Origin: Candidatus Eiseniibacteriota bacterium | GTDB taxonomy: Bacteria; Eisenbacteria; RBG-16-71-46; JABDJR01 | Assembly: GCA_963762255.1 (NCBI GenBank) | Contig: CAVXKA010000002.1 | Location: 160,001-224,000 of the forward strand | DNA length: 64,000 nt | Direction of reading: 5' to 3' | Shown: positions 9,635 through 18,391 of the stretch, one piece after another | Position numbering within the stretch: position 1 is the stretch's first letter | Layout of the letters: each line of letters starts with the position of its first letter | Notes under the pieces: model-generated | Seen by the model: only the letters and a program-made list of their open reading frames with translations | Database searches by the model: none | Told to the model about the DNA's origin: nothing | Translations under genes and position numbers: made by a program

Positions 9635-9800
9635 TGCACGCGCGGAGCTCACCGGCGCACCGAAAACGAGCGGTGGTTTCCCTGCGGTGTTCGTGAAGAC
9701 CTGCGTTGAGACGTTGATCCGCCAGAGTAAACACAGTTCACCAGGCACACGGCATCAGCGGGGATCGAAGAGGGCCGGCCCCAGGGCCGGCCCTTTCTTC
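9635..9800 (+). ncRNA. Candidate small RNA with a 6S-like closing stem
   Basis: Bounded by the sigma54 motif and an intrinsic terminator. Region 9679-9764 folds into an interrupted hairpin (UCCCUGCGGUGUUCGUG...CACGGCAUCAGCGGGGA). Confidence 0.5.
9768..9800 (+). terminator. Intrinsic terminator, possibly bidirectional
   Basis: AGGGCCGGCCC-CA-GGGCCGGCCCT followed by TTCTTC. Confidence 0.75.
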
Positions 9801-9811
9801 TTCCCCTCGCG

Positions 9812-9841
9812 TTGACAGCAATTCCCGGCCTTTGTTAGCTT
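9812..9841 (+). promoter_or_regulatory. Putative sigma70 promoter for sppA
   Basis: TTGACA-18 nt-TAGCTT with an extended TG. Confidence 0.6.
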
Positions 9842-9888
9842 CCCTCCACGTTTCGGCGCGCCTCCACCTCCCACAGAACGAGTCGCCC

Positions 9889-10770
9889 ATGGCCACCCGC
9901 ACACAAGGTCTCCTGCTCGGTTGCCTCGTTCTCTTCGTGATCGGCGGTTTCTTCCTCGTGGCCTCGTCGTTCCTCCTCTCCGGCTCCTGGCCGGGCGGCG
10001 ATCTCGGCGGCTTGGGGAGCGGTCGCGTCGGCCTCGTGGTCATCGAAGGTCCCATCGAATCGTCCCGGGACCTGGTGCAGGAGATCGACGACAACCGCAA
10101 GGATCCCAGTATCAAGGCGGTCGTGCTGCGGGTGGACAGCCCCGGTGGCGAGGTGGCTCCCTCCCAGGAACTCCACTCGGCGGTGAGCCGGCTCGCGGAG
10201 GTGAAACCGGTGGTGGCCTCGCTGGGGAGCGTCGCTGCATCGGGGGGATACTACGTCGCGGTCGCGGCGGATTCGGTCATCGCGGATCCGGGCACCCTGA
10301 CCGGCAGCATCGGCGTGATCTTCGCGTATCCCACCGCGAAGGCTCTCATGGACAAGCTCGGCGTGACGCTGCAGGTCTACAAGAGCGGCGAACTCAAGGA
10401 CATGGGTTCGTATGCGCGCGAGCCCACCGAGGAAGAGGGCGAGGTCTTCGACGCGTTGATCGCCGACGTGTACGATCAGTTCGTGAGCGCGGTGGCCGAT
10501 GGACGAAGGATGGAGAGGGATCGTGTGATCGCCCTCGCCGATGGGCGCGTGTATACCGGCCGGCAAGCGGTGGAGATCGGCCTCGTGGATCGGCTGGGTG
10601 ACCTGCACGAGGCGATCAACGTGGCTGCGGAGTTGGGCGGACTCCAAGAGGATCCCTCGGTCGTGCGCAAGGCCAAACCGCGACTTCCCCTCCTCGACCT
10701 CCTCGACACCGTCCTCGGCTCGGGGGCCCGGGCCACCTGGGGACCCCGCCTGGAGTACCGCCTCCGCTGA
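9889..10770 (+). CDS. sppA: Signal peptide peptidase SppA (36K type, S49)
   Basis: Motifs LRVDSPGG, VAASGGYY, TLTGSIGV, KSGELKD and ADGRVYTG. Confidence 0.92.
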   Translation: MATRTQGLLLGCLVLFVIGGFFLVASSFLLSGSWPGGDLGGLGSGRVGLVVIEGPIESSRDLVQEIDDNRKDPSIKAVVLRVDSPGGEVAPSQELHSAVSRLAEVKPVVASLGSVAASGGYYVAVAADSVIADPGTLTGSIGVIFAYPTAKALMDKLGVTLQVYKSGELKDMGSYAREPTEEEGEVFDALIADVYDQFVSAVADGRRMERDRVIALADGRVYTGRQAVEIGLVDRLGDLHEAINVAAELGGLQEDPSVVRKAKPRLPLLDLLDTVLGSGARATWGPRLEYRLR

Positions 10771-10845
10771 TCCCCGGCGGTTCGACGGTTCAGGGTCGCT
10801 CGCCGGAACCGCCCCCACCAGCACGCTCTCTAGGGGCCCTCCCGC

Positions 10846-10874
10846 TTGAATTCCCCAGTATGTTGTGGTAGGGT
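10846..10874 (+). promoter_or_regulatory. Putative sigma70 promoter upstream of the long PilZ leader
   Basis: TTGAAT-17 nt-TAGGGT with an extended TG. Confidence 0.5.
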
Positions 10875-11150
10875 GCGCAGGTTCGTTGGCTTGCGACCGG
10901 ATGGCTTCAAGGGGGGCTTGGGGTCTCTCGGATCGTGCCCTGCACCCCGCCGCCCGCGGCGCCTGAGTGGCTGAAAACGCCGTCGCATGTGATAGGTTCT
11001 AGGAAAGCGACCGGCGTGCCACTTCCGAGGATGCCGTCGGTCGGATCGGCTTGCGCCCCCTCGCCGGGTTCTCTTGGGTTTGAATCCGGCCGACTGGGAT
11101 CGGGGGCTTTGCTCGCGGGTCCTTGGTCTTACCAGAGCGGAGAGTTCGGG

Positions 11151-11171
11151 AGCCCCGCACGCGGGGCTTTT
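11151..11171 (+). terminator. Terminator-like hairpin in the PilZ leader
   Basis: AGCCCCG-CACG-CGGGGCT-TTT; the U tract is short. Confidence 0.45.
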
Positions 11172-11277
11172 CCGTGGGGAAGGGAACTCCCCGCACTGTT
11201 GGGTGTATCTGGAGCCGATGGGCGTTCCCCGGCCCATCCCCCGGCGACCCGCCATGTGGGCGGTGCGGAGGAGTGAA

Positions 11278-11685
11278 ATGGCGAAGAATGCGGTGAAGGA
11301 GCGGAGGAAAGCTCCACGTATCGATACGCGTCTGGCGTTGCAGGTGGAACGGGCTACGAAGCCTGCGACCGAGAGACCGATCACAACGGAGAGCCTGAAC
11401 CTGTCCAGCGGCGGGCTCTGCTGCCAGGTGCGTAGCTACGTCGAGCCACTGACCCGGGTCGGGCTCACGGTGCTTCTGCCTTCCTTCGGCAGGAAGGGTA
11501 AGAAGACGCAGGTGGTGACCTGCAACGGCGTCGTGGTGCGGTGCGATACCCATACTCCGCATCAGGAATACGAACTGGCCTGCACGTTCACGGACATCAA
11601 GAAAGAGGACAAGGTGCTCATCGAGGAGTACATTGGCTGGCGGCTGATGCAGGACCTCGTGGACGAGCGGCTGTCTCAACCCTGA
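11278..11685 (+). CDS. Stand-alone PilZ-domain (c-di-GMP-binding) protein
   Basis: GGAGGAG RBS; ERRKAPR (RxxxR) and NLSSGG (D/NxSxxG). Confidence 0.85.
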   Translation: MAKNAVKERRKAPRIDTRLALQVERATKPATERPITTESLNLSSGGLCCQVRSYVEPLTRVGLTVLLPSFGRKGKKTQVVTCNGVVVRCDTHTPHQEYELACTFTDIKKEDKVLIEEYIGWRLMQDLVDERLSQP

Positions 11686-11723
11686 CCCCGGCCCGGGCCG
11701 GGAGTCGGATCGAAAGCGCACTC

Positions 11724-12752
11724 ATGAAACTGCGATCTCGACTGTCGTTCGCAAGCCGGCCCGAGCGGAAGCCCCGCATCGCGATCCTTGCCGCCACGGT
11801 GCTTGCCTTTGGGGCGCTGGCGTCTCCCGCCCTGGCGGTGGACAAATTCGCCGCGGAGTTCCTCAAGATCGGCGTGGGCGCCCGGGCTCTCGGCATGGGA
11901 GGCGCGTTCGTCTCCATCGCCGACGACGCCAGCGCCACGTACTGGAACCCCGCCGGCATCGTGCAGCTCCAATCGCGCGAGGCCCTGGGGATGCACGCGA
12001 GCCAGTTCGGCGGTGTGGTCGCCCATGACGTCCTCGGCGTGGTGGCCCCCTTGCGGTCCGGCGGATCGGACGCCGCCGTCGGCCTTACCCTGATCCGCCT
12101 CGGCGTGGACGACATTCGCGTGACCAAGGACGCCGTGATCGGCACCGACGAGAACGGTAACCCGGTCCTCGACCCATCGCTCATCACCAAGAAGAGCGCG
12201 TACGACCTCGCCCTGCTCCTCACGTACGCCCGCACGGTCGGGGTCCGCTGGGCGGCGGGCGTCAACGTGAAATTGATCCGCCAGTCGCTGGTGGGCGAGG
12301 GGGCGAGCTTCGGGATCGGCGCCGACTTCGGCCTGCGCTATCAGCCGAACCCGTCCGTGGCGTTCGGCGTGCGTCTGGCCGACATCACGACCACACAGCT
12401 CTATTGGGATACCGGAAGACGCGAGACGGTGGCTCCCACGGTCACGCTGGGCGTGCACGGCACGCGAGCCGTCGAAGCGCTCCAGGGCTCGCTGACCGTG
12501 GGCCTCGACTCGAACTTCGCCTTCGAGGGACAAGAGGCCGACCAGTTCCACACCGGGAACCTGTCCGGCAACTTCCTCCCGGGTCTCGAGTATCTGTTCC
12601 GCGACACCGTCGCCCTACGGGTGGGTTCCAATGCCGGCGACTTCACCGCCGGCGCCGGTGTACGCTACAGGCAAGTCGGGGCGGACTACGCGTATCTATC
12701 GCATGATCAATTGGACGGGACGCATCGCGTCAGCGCGCTCGTGCGGTTCTGA
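11724..12752 (+). CDS. PorV/PorQ-family (UPF0164-like) outer-membrane beta-barrel
   Basis: FLKIGVGARALGMGGAFVSIADDASATYWNPAG; DYAY...THRVS; terminal Phe. Confidence 0.8.
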   Translation: MKLRSRLSFASRPERKPRIAILAATVLAFGALASPALAVDKFAAEFLKIGVGARALGMGGAFVSIADDASATYWNPAGIVQLQSREALGMHASQFGGVVAHDVLGVVAPLRSGGSDAAVGLTLIRLGVDDIRVTKDAVIGTDENGNPVLDPSLITKKSAYDLALLLTYARTVGVRWAAGVNVKLIRQSLVGEGASFGIGADFGLRYQPNPSVAFGVRLADITTTQLYWDTGRRETVAPTVTLGVHGTRAVEALQGSLTVGLDSNFAFEGQEADQFHTGNLSGNFLPGLEYLFRDTVALRVGSNAGDFTAGAGVRYRQVGADYAYLSHDQLDGTHRVSALVRF

Positions 12753-12821
12753 TCTGCTATCGGGCGGGGGCGCAGTGAAGCCGCGCGCTTCGGCACGCTG
12801 TCTATTGAAGAGGGGGGTGCG

Positions 12822-14054
12822 ATGAAGCGCGTCATGGCCTTCGCGCTGGCGGGGGGACGAACGCGAGGGCTCTCCGTCCTGTCCCAGCCGCGATCGGTCG
12901 CCGCCGTGCCTTTTGCCGGCAAGTTCCGCCTCATCGACTTCACCCTTTCCAACTGCGTCAACTCCGAAATCTCGGACATCGCGGTGTTGGCGCAATATGC
13001 GCCTCTCTCCCTGGCCCAACACCTCGGTCGGGGAGAACCCTGGGATCTGAACCGCCGGGACGGAGGCGTCCAGATCCTCCAGCCCTACGCGCGGCAGGAG
13101 GGAGCGCGCTGGTACGAGGGCACCGCCGACGCTCTTCGGCAGAATCTCGACGTTATCGAGAACTCCGGCGCCGAGCGAGTCTTCCTGCTTTCCAGCGATC
13201 TCATCTACAAGATGGACTATTCCTGGATGCTCCAGCATCACCTGGACTCCGGAGCCAAGGTCACGCTCGCCGCGGGGAATGTGCCTTACGGCGAATCGAT
13301 GCGTTTCGGCATGATCAGGACGGACGAGACGGGGCGCGTCCTCGAGTTCGTCGAGAAACCCACCGTTACCGACGCGCACCTCGCCTTTATGGGCGTCTAT
13401 CTTTTTGACGCGCCCTTCCTCAAACGGATCCTGACCGAGACGCAGGGGCCGAACCTCATCCTGGACGTCCTGATGCCCTTCATCCACGACGCGGACCTGG
13501 TGCGGACGTATTCCTTCGGCGGGTACTGGGATGACGTAGGGAGCCTCCCTCACTATTTCAGGGCGCATCAGCGACTCCTCGGTGACGATCCCGCGCCGAA
13601 CCTCTACGATCCGGGTTGGCGCATTTACACCCGAAGCGAAGAGATGCCCCCCGTGGTCTTCCACGACTCGGCGGAGGTCAGCGACAGCCTCCTGTCCAAC
13701 GGGGCGGTGATCGCGGGGAAGGTGGAGCGCTCCGTGCTCTCGCCGGGCGTGCACGTGGGCCCCGGCGCGGTGGTGCGGGACGCGGTCCTCCTGAACGGCA
13801 CGTACGTCGGGCCGGGCGCAGTGGTCGAGCGCGCGGTGGTCGACAAGAACGTGATGATCGGTCCCGGGGCCAGGGTAGGACGCATCGACGCCGATGCCAC
13901 CTGCGGAAACCCTGAGTTCGAGGGCATCACCTTGGTCGGCAAGTGGGCGCGCATCGCGGACGGAGCCCAGATTGAGCCGGGGGTCGTGGTGACCCCTGGT
14001 GAGCCGATGCCTGAGGAGCAACACTATGCCCGCATCGGCGAGGTGCAGATGTGA
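12822..14054 (+). CDS. ADP-glucose pyrophosphorylase-family subunit, GlgD-like (degenerate motifs)
   Basis: VPFAGKFRLIDFTLSN, WYEGTADA and hexapeptide C-terminus. GxGxRL and RAKPAV are replaced by GGRTRGL and RSVAAV. Confidence 0.75.
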   Translation: MKRVMAFALAGGRTRGLSVLSQPRSVAAVPFAGKFRLIDFTLSNCVNSEISDIAVLAQYAPLSLAQHLGRGEPWDLNRRDGGVQILQPYARQEGARWYEGTADALRQNLDVIENSGAERVFLLSSDLIYKMDYSWMLQHHLDSGAKVTLAAGNVPYGESMRFGMIRTDETGRVLEFVEKPTVTDAHLAFMGVYLFDAPFLKRILTETQGPNLILDVLMPFIHDADLVRTYSFGGYWDDVGSLPHYFRAHQRLLGDDPAPNLYDPGWRIYTRSEEMPPVVFHDSAEVSDSLLSNGAVIAGKVERSVLSPGVHVGPGAVVRDAVLLNGTYVGPGAVVERAVVDKNVMIGPGARVGRIDADATCGNPEFEGITLVGKWARIADGAQIEPGVVVTPGEPMPEEQHYARIGEVQM

Positions 14055-15340
14055 GCAGTGTCTACGTGATGATTCTGGCCGGCGGGGTGGGCAGCCGGCT
14101 CTCCATCCTCACCGAGCAGCGCGCCAAGCCGGCGGTTCCGTTCGGCGGAAAGTTCCGCATCATCGACTTCGCGCTATCGAACTGCGCCAATAGCGGTCTC
14201 TTCGACGTGGGCTTGCTCACTCAGTATCGGCCGATGTCGCTGATCGAGCACGTGGGCACCGGAAGGACATGGGATCTGGACCGAACCCTGGGCGGGCTCC
14301 AGATCTTGCAGCCGTATCTCGAAGCGGAGTCGGGCGACTGGTATCAGGGAACCGCCGACGCAGTGTGCCGTAACCTCGTGCAGATCACCCAGCGATCGGT
14401 CGAGGACGTGATCATCCTCTCCGGCGACCATGTCTACGCGATGGACTACCGGCCGCTCCTGCGCTTTCACCGCGAGCGGCGCTTTCCCGCCACCATCGCG
14501 GTGACGCCGGTCCCGCCCGATCTCACCCGCCACTTCGGCATCGTGCAGACCGATTCGCGCGCCCAGATCACCGGGTTCCAGGAGAAGCCGAAGGAGGCGG
14601 ACGGTAACCTCGCCTCGATGGGCATCTATGTGTTCCGGCGCGACACGCTGATTCGTTTGCTGCAGGAGAGCGGGGACGACGGCGCTCCCCGACAGGATTT
14701 CGGCAAGGACATCTTCCCCCGTCTCATCCAGGTGGCCGACGTGGGAGCACACACCTTCGACGGCTACTGGCAGGACATCGGAACGGTGGAGTCCTTCTAC
14801 GAATCCAACATGAAGCTGCTCGATCCCCACCACAGCCTCAAGCTCGCGCGTCACTCCTGGCCGATCCGCACTCCGAGCGTGGAGGCGCCGGCTGCCCGCG
14901 TCTGGGGACGCGGGAGTATTCGGCGCAGCCTCGCGGCCAACGGCGCCGTGGTGCGGGGCAAGGTGGAGAACAGCATTCTGTTCCCCGGGGTGGTCGTGGA
15001 CGAAGGCGCCGTGGTGCGGGACTCGATTCTCATGAACGATGTCCACGTGCACGCCAATGCCCGGGTGATACGCGCGATCCTCGACAAGCGCGCACATGTG
15101 GACACCGGGGCTCAGATCGGAGGCGACGGCCCCGGCGCGCCCAACGCGACCATCCCCGAGCTTCTCGTTTGCGGCATCACGCTCTTGGGGAAGGACGTGC
15201 AGGTCGGCGACGGCGCCCGTATCGGTCGCAACGCGTGCATCGGTGCCAAGCAGGAAGTGGACGCGGGGGACGACCTGCCGGACGGGGCCTACCGCGAGGG
15301 GCGCCTCGGACGTCCGGGAGTGCCTGCGACGCGGCGCTGA
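14051..15340 (+). CDS. glgC: Glucose-1-phosphate adenylyltransferase
   Basis: Motifs [37 protein letters not shown] and YWQDIGT. Confidence 0.92.
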   Translation: MSSVYVMILAGGVGSRLSILTEQRAKPAVPFGGKFRIIDFALSNCANSGLFDVGLLTQYRPMSLIEHVGTGRTWDLDRTLGGLQILQPYLEAESGDWYQGTADAVCRNLVQITQRSVEDVIILSGDHVYAMDYRPLLRFHRERRFPATIAVTPVPPDLTRHFGIVQTDSRAQITGFQEKPKEADGNLASMGIYVFRRDTLIRLLQESGDDGAPRQDFGKDIFPRLIQVADVGAHTFDGYWQDIGTVESFYESNMKLLDPHHSLKLARHSWPIRTPSVEAPAARVWGRGSIRRSLAANGAVVRGKVENSILFPGVVVDEGAVVRDSILMNDVHVHANARVIRAILDKRAHVDTGAQIGGDGPGAPNATIPELLVCGITLLGKDVQVGDGARIGRNACIGAKQEVDAGDDLPDGAYREGRLGRPGVPATRR

Positions 15341-15341
15341 A

Positions 15342-16652
15342 CTAGCGGGGGATTTTCAGCCGCTGCCCAGTGCGCAAGAGGCTCGACTTGCCGAGGGCGT
15401 TGGCGCGCTGAAGCGCCCCGACGGAGACGCCATAGCGCTTGGCGATTCCCCAGAGCGTCTCACCCGACTTGACCCGGTGCGTGCGCGAGTCGGGAGCCGC
15501 AGGCGTTCGCGGTTGGGTCAGAACTCCGCGCTCCAGACTGTCCCGCACGCGTGCGGCCGATCCCTGCGGAACGCGGGCGCTGACCTCGTGACCGTCGGCC
15601 GGAGTCACATCCCGCAGCCACGCCGGGTTCAACACCCGCAGCGACTCCGCCGGCGCCTCGCACACCTTCGCCAAGTCCGCGACCCGCACCGGATGGGGTA
15701 GCGTCACCACTTCGTAGTTGAGCGGCGTCTCCGCGGCGGGCAGGTTGAGCATGAACTCCTCGCCGTCGCCGACCAAGGATGCCAGAGCCACCGCCCGCGG
15801 AACGTAGCGCTTGGTCTCGGCAGGCAAGTCGAGGCTCCAGAAATCGGCCGAGTCCCGCCCTGCCGTCGCCCGATCCACGCAGCCAGGGCCGCAGTTGAAG
15901 GCAGCCAGCGCGAGGAGCCCGGTCCCCGTGTCCCGCTTGAGTTCGCCGAGGTAGCGGCACGCGGCGCGCGTCGCGATCTCCCAGTCCCGGCGCTGGTCGC
16001 GGTCTGGCGTAATCACCAGACCAAGGTAACGCGCGGTGGGGGAAACGATCTGCCAGGGACCGACCGCGTTGGAGGGGCTGCGCGCGCCGGGATCGAGTCC
16101 GCTCTCGATGAGGGTCAGCACCCAGAGTTCCGCAGGAAGCCCCTCCTCCCTGAGGACTCTCAGAACGTCCGCACGATAGGGCGCGGCACCGCGCAGCCAT
16201 CTGTCCACCGTGCGCGCGCCGTCCCCCTGGTAATGCTCCCGCCACCGCGCGACTTCCGGATGGGCTTCATCCGACCGGGTCCACCAGGGCGCGGCCGGCG
16301 GGGCGGCGCTGTCATGCGGCGCGGCGACCGCGCACTCGGCGGCCACCTGCGAGAACGCCATGAGCGCCAGGGCGGCGGTCACCAGAGAATCCCCCTCCGT
16401 CGAGGAGGAGAAGCCTTCCAGCTTGAGACGGCTCAGGAGCTCGGTGGCAGCGGCGGCAGCGGCAGCGGGCCTTCCGGACGCAAGCAGCATCTGCGCCCCT
16501 TCGAGCTGAAGCCGCAGGTCGTCGAGGCGGGGATCCGAGGCGCGCCCCGGCCCGGCGGTCGCCGGGGGCGCCGCGGGAGGCGGGGAGGTCGCGCAGGCGG
16601 CGAGCACCCATCCGAGCACAAGCATGAGGGGCAGGCATCTACGGAGGACCAC
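15342..16652 (-). CDS. MltD-like lytic transglycosylase lipoprotein with LysM
   Basis: Lipobox LAAC; IESG, AVGPWQ, AAFNCG and ETKRYV; C-terminal LysM (HRVKSGETLWGIA). Confidence 0.88.
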   Translation of the reverse strand: MVLRRCLPLMLVLGWVLAACATSPPPAAPPATAGPGRASDPRLDDLRLQLEGAQMLLASGRPAAAAAAATELLSRLKLEGFSSSTEGDSLVTAALALMAFSQVAAECAVAAPHDSAAPPAAPWWTRSDEAHPEVARWREHYQGDGARTVDRWLRGAAPYRADVLRVLREEGLPAELWVLTLIESGLDPGARSPSNAVGPWQIVSPTARYLGLVITPDRDQRRDWEIATRAACRYLGELKRDTGTGLLALAAFNCGPGCVDRATAGRDSADFWSLDLPAETKRYVPRAVALASLVGDGEEFMLNLPAAETPLNYEVVTLPHPVRVADLAKVCEAPAESLRVLNPAWLRDVTPADGHEVSARVPQGSAARVRDSLERGVLTQPRTPAAPDSRTHRVKSGETLWGIAKRYGVSVGALQRANALGKSSLLRTGQRLKIPR

Positions 16653-16757
16653 TGAGCGGCATTGTACCAGCCCGCGGCACGGGGGCCCATCACCTGCGGG
16701 TCAAGGACGACGGCAGGGCCGCCGATAACAGGGGGATTGCCGAAGAGGGGGATCCAC

Positions 16758-17048
16758 GTGGCATTCGAAGACTACCGCATGAAGGCACAGGTCCGCGCGA
16801 TTCTCGTGCGTCGCTGGGTGGATCTGAGCAAGTTGGAGTACAGCGTGACCAATGGGGTCGTCTACCTTCGAGGGTCGTTACGTCCCTACCTGACAGAGAG
16901 AATGAAGGATTCCGCCAAGAACGACGATCTCGAGCTGGAGATGGTGGTCCGCCTGGAGCGGTCGCTTCGATCGCTCCAGGGTGTGCGGGACGTCGTGTTT
17001 CAGCTCGATCGATTGAAGAAGGTCGGCTGGCGATGGAGGATCCAATGA
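16758..17048 (+). CDS. Small BON-domain-like protein
   Basis: GTG after GAGGGG; VTNGVVYLRG and GVRDV patterns are typical of BON domains. Confidence 0.6.
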   Translation: MAFEDYRMKAQVRAILVRRWVDLSKLEYSVTNGVVYLRGSLRPYLTERMKDSAKNDDLELEMVVRLERSLRSLQGVRDVVFQLDRLKKVGWRWRIQ

Positions 17049-18370
17049 GCACCCTGCGCAAGCCGGTCCCTCGCTCGATCCTGGATCCCGATCTGGTGCG
17101 GCTCCTCGATGATGAGGCGGAGCGCCACCCCGAGTGGCCCGACGTCCAGAATCGTCTGGGGCTTTCGCTGTTCGCCCGGGGCCGCCTCACCGAGGCGGAG
17201 AGTCGATTCGAGCGCTGTCTCGAGATGAACCCGCGCTACGCGTGGGCGACCCTGAACCTGGCGCAGTGCCTCGCCGTTTCCGGCAAGAGCGAGCGCGCCC
17301 GGGCGGTCGCCGCCGGCGCACCGGATCCATCTCCCGGCGGCGCCGCTTTCGTGCGCGCCTTCGTGGAGCTGGCGGCCGGATGCTTCGAGGCTGCCGAAGC
17401 GCATCTGACCGACCTACCCACCCCGCTTTCGCGTCGCGCCGACTTCGTTCGCCTGCGTGCCGCGCTCGTCCGGCCCCGTGACGCCGCCGCGGCCGACGCG
17501 CTGCTCGCCGAGGCCCGTCTCGACCCCGAGGTGGCCTCATTCGATATCGCCCCCTGGGATGAGCCCGGCACCGGTCCCTCGGCGCTCCTCACCCTCGTGC
17601 CCGGGATGCATCAACTCTGGTTCGAAGTGAGCATGCTCGAAGCCCGCATGGGGCACCCGGCGCAGGCCGAGCTGTCCGCGGTGCGAGGGTACCTTCACTG
17701 GTCGGATCTCGGGCTGCTGCTCAACCAGCAGGGGCTCCTGGCTTCCCTGGCCGAGGACGAGGCGGCGTCGGTGGCGGCCTTCGAGCGCGCCACCGAGGTC
17801 TCGCCGCGCGATCCGCGGCCGCATGTCTCGCTCATGTACTACTGGAGCGCGGCCGGCGAGTTGGAGCGCGCCTTCGTCTCCCTGCGGGCTGCGATCGAGC
17901 GGGCGCCGGGCTGGGCCGATCTCCACCATCAGATGGGGCTCCTGGCGCGCGCGCGCGACGACGCGGAGAATGCGCTCGCCTCGTTCCTTCGGGCCATCGA
18001 GATCAATCCGAAGTACCGGTTGGCTCGTCTCGATGTGGCCGCTTCGCTCTCCGCGCTTGGCCGATGGGAGGAAGCCCGCACGGCGTACCTGGACGTTCTC
18101 GCCACCGGGCTCGTGTCCTCCGACATCTATCTCCACCTGGGGGAGGCGGAGGCAGGAGCCGGCGACATCCAGGCAGCCGAACGCTGCTTTCAGGACGCGC
18201 TGAAGCTCAACCCGGGGGAGGCGCTCGCGTACTACCGCCTCGGCAACTTGTACCGGGATCACGGGGACCGAGTGGGCGCACAGCGCGCCTGGAAACGGTT
18301 TCTCAAGCTCACCGGCGATCCCGAACAAGCGGCGGTGGTCCAAGCTCTACTTCAGGAAGACGAACACTAG
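17045..18370 (+). CDS. TPR-repeat protein
   Basis: Multiple TPRs (WPDVQNRLG, WADLHHQMG, AIEINPKY). ATGA overlap with the upstream gene. Confidence 0.85.
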   Translation: MSTLRKPVPRSILDPDLVRLLDDEAERHPEWPDVQNRLGLSLFARGRLTEAESRFERCLEMNPRYAWATLNLAQCLAVSGKSERARAVAAGAPDPSPGGAAFVRAFVELAAGCFEAAEAHLTDLPTPLSRRADFVRLRAALVRPRDAAAADALLAEARLDPEVASFDIAPWDEPGTGPSALLTLVPGMHQLWFEVSMLEARMGHPAQAELSAVRGYLHWSDLGLLLNQQGLLASLAEDEAASVAAFERATEVSPRDPRPHVSLMYYWSAAGELERAFVSLRAAIERAPGWADLHHQMGLLARARDDAENALASFLRAIEINPKYRLARLDVAASLSALGRWEEARTAYLDVLATGLVSSDIYLHLGEAEAGAGDIQAAERCFQDALKLNPGEALAYYRLGNLYRDHGDRVGAQRAWKRFLKLTGDPEQAAVVQALLQEDEH

Positions 18371-18391
18371 GAGAGGACAGGGGGGACGCGC

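Noticed and set aside
9635-9697. 20-codon ORF MHARSSPAHRKRAVVSLRCS at the start of the candidate sRNA
   Set aside because: No SD sequence and no coding-like bias. It cannot be excluded as leaderless but is unsupported.
11020-11150. tRNA-Sec, RNase P or 6S identity for the PilZ leader (TTCAAA, AGAACCCGGC, GGCATCCTCGGA on the minus strand)
   Set aside because: Only isolated short matches. There is no cloverleaf, no GAGGAAAGTCC, and no matching 5' arm.
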